DNA from: Yuukianura sp. NJ FZ-2021
Taxonomy: Eukaryota
Assembly (NCBI GenBank): GCA_046563655.1
Contig: CM102284.1
Span: 8,122,001-8,186,000 of the forward strand
DNA length: 64,000 nucleotides
Reading direction: 5' to 3'
The notes below the pieces were generated by a model. The model was not told the DNA's origin, did not search any database, and worked only from the letters and a program-made list of their open reading frames with translations. Shown here one piece after another: positions 57,065 through 64,000 of the stretch (within the stretch, counting starts at the first letter, position 1; each line of letters starts with the position of its first letter). The position numbers were made by a program, and so were the translations under genes.

Positions 57065-57891
57065 ATAAGCCGGAATCTCCTCTGCAGTTTGTACAACACT
57101 ATATAGTACAATAGTTTGAATATTTCGAAAAAGTCAGTTCCATTAGATCCATTATCTAATGTGCTGTGAGCGTGAAAGGAAATGCCGATTGCTGGTGGGT
57201 GGCAGTGAGAATTGGAACTTATGAATTCGCCGCCCCTTGTTCACATGGGTGTCTCTCTCTTCTGTGTTCTATTGATTACTCTCAGTCCGTCATTTCCACT
57301 TCACAAAAAAAAACTCTAAACTGGATGTTGGATTTTTACGCTAAATTTTAATTGGTCGTCTCCTTATCAAGTGTCAACTTAACTTAATCAGCTGGTACGT
57401 TGTATATTTTGTAAGGTCAAACTGTTGGCCATTCCAAGGTCAAGTCTCACTCACTTTGTGACATCTTCTATTTTCCAAACGTCAACTGCCTTGCCCTGCT
57501 TCATCTGTCTGTCCCGTCCTCATTCGGCATCGGCTGAACAGTTTACGCCCATTGACAACGCAGAAGGGAAGGCCGGGTTGTTGGTCAATTACTGAAACCA
57601 ACGTTATTCACGTAAGTAATCGATCACATAGTAACAATTACTCGATTTTGAACATAACAACAAAGGCGGAGCCTACCCGGCCCGGCCCAACTTTGGTCCT
57701 TAGTATAACCCTTGCGAATACGAATTCGTTCTAATGTCATTTCTAATTCGTTCGACGTTTGTGTGACTGCGATAGTTAAGTTCGTTTAGCGATCGTTTAA
57801 TTAACGACAGCAACCATTCTCCCCCAGGCGCCATGTTTGTCACATGACTTACTAATTCTACCTGACTAATTAGGTTAAAAATACACTAAGA

Positions 57892-60800
57892 ATGGGCGAG
57901 GAAGTGCCGAACTGGGATGAGCCTGATGCCATTCGTCTCCAGGAAGCAGAAGCAGAGGCTCCAGAACAATTAGAAACGCTGGAAGATGCTGGAGTGAAGG
58001 TTGAGACAGACGAGGATGATGGGATTGACGTTATATCATTTCCCACTGCAGATTTAGCACGTTTAGATGAAATGATCTCAAGTCCTCGATGGGTGGTTCC
58101 TGTTCTTCCTGGAAGTCAATTGGAGGTACTGCTGGATGCATCCATTCAACTGTGCAAGAAAGGTACTTGGATATCCACCAACTAAGAGTACCTTAGATAC
58201 TTATTATAAACGTTTTAATCTTATAAATTGACGTTTTGTAGGATTAGACACACAGAGTGAACCATGTCAGCGATTCTTCCGCGAGGGACTTACCATTTCC
58301 TTTACAAAGATCTTGACGGACGAAGCCGTGTCCAGTTGGAAACCGGAAATCCACAAATGCATCTTACGAAATTCGGAGAAACTTTTAGAACTGATTGTCC
58401 TCAAGTTGGATCAAGACTGGTTTCCTCTGTTGGAACTTCTTAGCATTGTACTCAATCCTTCTAATAAGTTTCATTCGTACAATGCTAATCGTCCTCCAGA
58501 AAGTTACTCCTTAGAGACACCAGTAGCAGATGATGAGTTGTACGCCCGTCCTATCGATAATCGACTGTTCAAAGGTAAGCAGTACTCAAACTATTTAGTA
58601 AACAAGAATTCAAAATGGGCATTTTTTAAGGCTTTTTTTTTCGAAAACAGGTTGGTTGGTGGATTTGATCAACAAGTTTGGAGGTCTCGGAGGATTTCGA
58701 ATCCTGAGTGAACGATTCACGTCTGCGGCTCCAATTTCAGTATCACTGGTGTACGCCTTGCTCAAACCGTTTGGGCTCTGTTGGGAATTCCTCACACGAC
58801 ACACGATTGAAAAATACTTTACGCCCATATTTACTGCCGTTCCGCAAATTTTAGAAAATCTGACTGATGATGACTTGAAGAAAGAAACGACAAAGTCAGA
58901 CATTATTTCATCCATCATCAAATGCCTCAAAAGTCTTCATAGCCGAATCTCAGACTCCGAAGAGCTCATTCGCAGTTTAGAATTGTTCCGACTTCGCATG
59001 ATTCTGCGCATGCTTCAGGTGAGGAACTCAAAAATGAAATGGAAAATGAACAATCTTGATCTAATTTTCTCATTTGATTCAGGTTTCGTCATTCAATGGG
59101 AAAATGAATGCCCTGAATGAAATCAACCAAGTGATTCAAACCGTTCAAACGCACTATCCGCATCACTATCATCATCGTTCCGAAGAGCCAGAGTATCTTA
59201 CGAGCAAGCGCATTGCAGAGTGGATCCAAGAGAACCAGGTTCTTCAAATTGTGCTTCGGGACTCGCTGCACCAACCGCAGTATGTCGAGAAACTGGAGAA
59301 AATTCTTCGTTTCATTATCAAAGAAAAGACACTCACTCTCAAAGATTTGGATGACATTTGGGCAGCGCAGGTAAAAAAAACGACAAAGATTTAACAATTT
59401 TAACACTTTTTAGCAGGATTTTAACACTTTTGAATAAGAATTTTTCATTTTAACTTTTTTTTTTCGTTTCAGATGGGGAAGCACGACACGATTGTGAAGA
59501 ATTTGCATGACTTGTTGGCCAAACTTGCATGGGATTTCAGTCCAGAGCAGTTGGATCATCTGTTTGAATGTTTTCAAGCAAGTTGGACTACTGCAATTAA
59601 GCGTCAGAGGGAAAAACTGCTGGAGTTGATTCGTCGCTTGGCGGAAGATGACAAGGACGGAGTGATGGCCCACAAAGTGCTGTCTCTCTTCTGGAATTTA
59701 GCCCACTCCAATGAAGTTCCTACAGAAATTATGGATCAAGCCTTGTCAGCTCATGTCAAGGTCCTGGATTACAGTTGTTCTCAGGTAAAACTAAATAAGT
59801 TAAAGTTAATTAAGTTGGGATTAATTGAATTGTTATGGGTAATTTGTAGAGAGAATCCCAGAAGATGACTTGGCTCAACATGAGCATGACTCACTTGATC
59901 CAGAGTGATGTGGATTGGGTGATTCCGGCAATGAAGCACATGAAAGAAATCTTCTCACTTTACCAAGATTCACAAACCAATCCAAAGACAGCTACGGGCA
60001 ATTATCGTTCAGGAATCATCGGAAGACTGCAGAAGGAAAAGCAGATTGTGCTCATCGTCTCAGCTCGCCTCAATTCTTACATGGAGAAAGTTCGGGCTTA
60101 TGTCAAGGGTAAGTAAAAAAAAACGAAAAACAAACGATTTTTTGAAAATAACTTTCGTTTTTTGTGTATTTCTTGTTACAGAAAGAGGTGCATGCGATCC
60201 TTTCCAAGTAAAATTAGACGGACGATACTCTCATGTGGATCAAATCAAGGAACGACTCACTTTTTTACGATTTCTACTAAAGGTACAGATTAAATACCAA
60301 TTGAATTGGAATTTTATAAGGTTTTAAGTCAAAAGTAATTAAAAGTTAAGCAATTGAAAGTTAATTGAGTGAACTTAATTGCAGGAGGGCCAGATGTACT
60401 TGGCTGAGGAGCAAGCTAACATGATTTGGCAGTGTTTGGCGGGAGACCCCGTTTTCCCAATTGATCGTGAAATATGCTTTGAATGGTTTTCAAAGTTAAT
60501 GGGAGAAGAGACGTATCTGGAACCAGCATTTTTCCAGCCTTTTTTTGAGCGGAAAGTACTCAACTTTGATGCAACTCAAATGACTGAAAGTGGGATGGAG
60601 TAAGATTTTCAATTTAAAAGAAATTCAAAACTATGCACAGTGGAAAGTTTGATTTTGTACTAGTTTTTTTTTTCAGTTGTTTTGAAAGATTCTTCCGGGC
60701 TGTGAATGTTTACCAGAAGAAGATCTTTCTAAAACGGGATGACATGATGATGGATGACTTGGACATGATTGGAATGGACTACATTTGGAAGATCATTTTG

Positions 60801-63764
60801 TCCGGAAGTGAAGACATGGCTGCCAGGGCCATTTCCTTTTTACAGAAGATGTGTACAGCTCTAGGTCCGAAACTACTTCCTCAACAACGGGAAGTGCACG
60901 ATGACTTTTTGTCTTCCTGCTGTGATCGACTCAAGACGTCTTACGATACGATCTTAGTTCTGGAGAAAGACAAGGACTCTACGAACAGAGTTCGACAAGA
61001 AGTAACTCGAGCTTGTCGCGTTCTTCGGGTTTTGCTTGAATACATTATGGAGTGTGACTCTGAGTATGGAGAGGAACGAGCCTTCATTCCAATGTACAGG
61101 TGAAGATCTAGAAAAAATGAAAAACTTTTGAAATTTTGAAATTCATTTTTGAAAAAGTTGAAACTAACTTTTGAATGTTTGGTTTGACTTTGCAGGGCAT
61201 TTAGAGGACGAAACATGACTATTTTTGTACGATTTCCGAGTGTTGGAACTCGCGGTTTTGATGATGTTGAAATTTTTACGCATACTAGTGAATCTCTTGC
61301 TGGACTTCGCCGTCAGGTACTAAAAACTAACGACAATTACGATTCTTAGTAAATTTTGAATAAGCTAAGTATTGATGTTGATTGCTTTCAGATTATTAGA
61401 AAATTTAAGACGATGTACCCCATGTCCACTTCTTTCAAGATGGAACTGTTCTTTGGTAGTGAGCTCCTTACGCTGAACGATGACAGAACGACTCTTTATT
61501 CTTGGGGAATAAGAGATAAATTGGTAACGGTAAATATGTTCATCTTATTAACACAGTCAGCTGATCATCAGTCTAACTGTTTAGAAATACTTGCAAGTAT
61601 TTTGTTTTACTTGGTAGTTGTTTGTGGCCAAAGTGACTCACAACAATGCCACAAACTCACCCGATTCAAGTGAAGAGTCAAGCGGTGGCACTCCGAATCA
61701 CTACACGAACTGTTCTGATGGTCCCAACATTGAAGCAGAAGAGACACTTCCTTCTGTGGTACGTTTTTTGAAAATTTTTAAAAGATTTTGGAGAAATTAC
61801 CCTTTTTTTTAACTTTTTGGAACTGAATTTGAATTTTAGATGATGTCGATGGACGAAAAGCGGATGGAGTTTTTATGTCAACTGTGTGGATTGGGATCTA
61901 CGTTGGGGGAAGACAGACTGCGAGATGCTGCTCGGAACTTGCTGTCAATAATTCCACCCTGTCGTCACACAGAGTCTGCCATAAGAACTGCCTTCATTCA
62001 ACAGACTGACAAAAAACCGTACACGATTCTCTTCAACACGGAACCCGCCACTGTTCTCTACAGACTCGAAGTAAGTAAAACTTAATTATAATTATGAATT
62101 TTCAAAATTTTTCTGTACTAAACTTGTTTTTGTAGGTTTTGTACTTGACGCTGTTTCCTGCCGTTCACTGGGATGATCCGAACACTATTCAGCTCCTGAC
62201 TATGTTTTTCGTTTCGGGTGGAGCTGGAGCTGTCGTGGAGATGCTGACGAAGAACAATTTCATGCCACTGGCGGATGTTGCGACTAAGAGACTAGCTTAT
62301 CTGTCTGTGTTGAAGCTAACAAAGGCTGTGCTGACTGTCACAGCACATTTGTTGGTTCTATCGGAAACGGAAGGGACGAACATCGGAGAAGATCGGCTGA
62401 GAGTTCTGACTGATGCACTGCTGTCAGTACCTCATGCTTCACATGAATTTGTACTCCGGACGCTCTCGGCTAACATTTCAAACAATCTGTTCAAAATTGT
62501 AAGTTTAACTAACTTAAAAGTTTAAAATTTACTAAAAAATTGTAAGTTAACGATTGCTATTTTGCAGTTCAAAGAGTCTGCGGGACATACCGAAGCAATC
62601 CGAGCGTTGACGGAAGGCTTGCGTCAATTGATTAACTCTGCAGTTGACTCTACTTTGCCAGACATCGACACTATTCGATTGATCATTCGATTGGCAGGCG
62701 CAACAGCTTCTGGCTCATTTTCATATTTTTCGGTTGAACAATATCAGGCTAATCGTGATCCATCTGAAGAAGACATTCAAGGTAAGATGGCGCTGTGTGT
62801 CAAGGATTTTTGTGTGTATTGGCAAGTATTTTTTATGTGCTGGCAAGTATTTTAATGATTTTGTTGAATTTTAGTCTGTGAAGAAGCTCTGGAAGTCCTG
62901 ACCTTAAGTTTTCTCCTCAATCCTGTCGCTCTTGATTCAATCGTCAGTGAAAACACTTGGAAGAATTTTCTGCGAACAGTTCTGTTTCATAGTTTGAGTC
63001 CAAGGATTCGCTACATGGCGCATGACCAATTCTTCACAATTGCAACGAAAGCAACTGGCAACCCCCGTGTTTTACACTTTTTCATTCAGTTTTTGTTTGA
63101 GATCATGCAAACGTCAATTCAAGAAATTCCGCAACAAGCGAGAGACGTTTGTCACTTGTTGTGCAATCTCCTCCGCTATGCAATCAACTACCAGATTCCG
63201 ATTCCAAATCATGAGCAGATGCTCAACACACAACTGGAATGGCTAAGACAAGCCAAGGTAAGTACTTTTTTTTTCAAAATTTTGAAGAATTTTTTGAGTT
63301 GAAATTTTAGATTTTCATAATTTTGATCTTAGGAATTGACTTTGGCGAATGGCGAAGGAGCTGTTCAAGAAGATCTTCTGGAAGGAAATATCGTCGTTGC
63401 TCGTGAACTCGTTTGTTACTTGAGTCCAGAGAAGAAGCATTTGTTTAGTTGTGCAGGACCTAATGGAGAACCGTCGCTCATAAAAGTAAACTTTTCATGT
63501 TTTGGAAAAAAAAACTAATTGTACATTTTCGAAATTTTGTTGTTTTTCAGGAAATTGTCGAGGAATTTGTTTTTCCATGGTCCAAAGCCTATTACAACAT
63601 GAAGAAATCAGGAGAAATTAACTTTGAGCAACCAACTCCAGTGTGTTCGTCTCCAACTTCGGTCAATGCTATTCTTGACCTCTTAGTCTCCATGTGCAGC
63701 GATTGTTATCCAAATCTGAAACTCGTAGTGGATTTACTTTCCAGATTGTTCAATTACAGCCAAG
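57892..63764 (+). CDS. USP9X: Ubiquitin-specific protease 9X / fat facets, N-terminal part; gene continues beyond the window
   Basis: [145 protein letters not shown]. Many short GT-AG introns. Confidence 0.96.
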
Positions 63765-64000
63765 GTAATCAACATTCTATCAAAATTTGACAATTTTCAA
63801 AAATTTTGAACACAAAAAAGTTTCCTTTCCGGATGCTAAAAACTGTCGCTCCAGATTGAAACTTTCAAAAAAATTTTTTTTTTGCTCATTCCACTTTTCA
63901 TGCTGTGAGATTTGTTTTTACTTTTAAGTGGGGTTAAGAGAAAACATGAAAAAAATTTTTTTATGGGAAGGCGCTTCCAAGGGGGGCCCTTCCCAACAAA

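Overview
Eukaryotic (not prokaryotic) nuclear DNA: AT-rich, gene-dense, with many short (~50-100 nt) GT-AG introns. The proteins look invertebrate or arthropod-like; that taxonomy is an inference. Gene order: 3' part of WDR81 (+), with a complete four-exon antisense gene for a secreted Cys-rich protein nested in one intron; a TIR-bounded element carrying 5 x 162-bp tandem repeats; CDC23/APC8 (-) head-to-head with Nup214 (+); a ~26-kb Elk/KCNH-type K+ channel gene (-) with two large introns; an EFCAB9-like EF-hand gene (+) apparently extended by a Cys-rich transmembrane segment and a long basic tail; RPB1 (-) with ~40 CTD heptads; mRpS18C (-); three abutting inverted-repeat (MITE-like) elements; and the 5' part of USP9X/fat facets (+). 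The most interesting candidates are the membrane-anchored EFCAB9-like protein, whose fourth intron is a TGACGTCA-rich tandem array that supplies the splice acceptor, and the nested secreted-protein gene. All exon models were built by eye from GT/AG sites and frame continuity. Homology calls come from recalled family motifs, not database searches.
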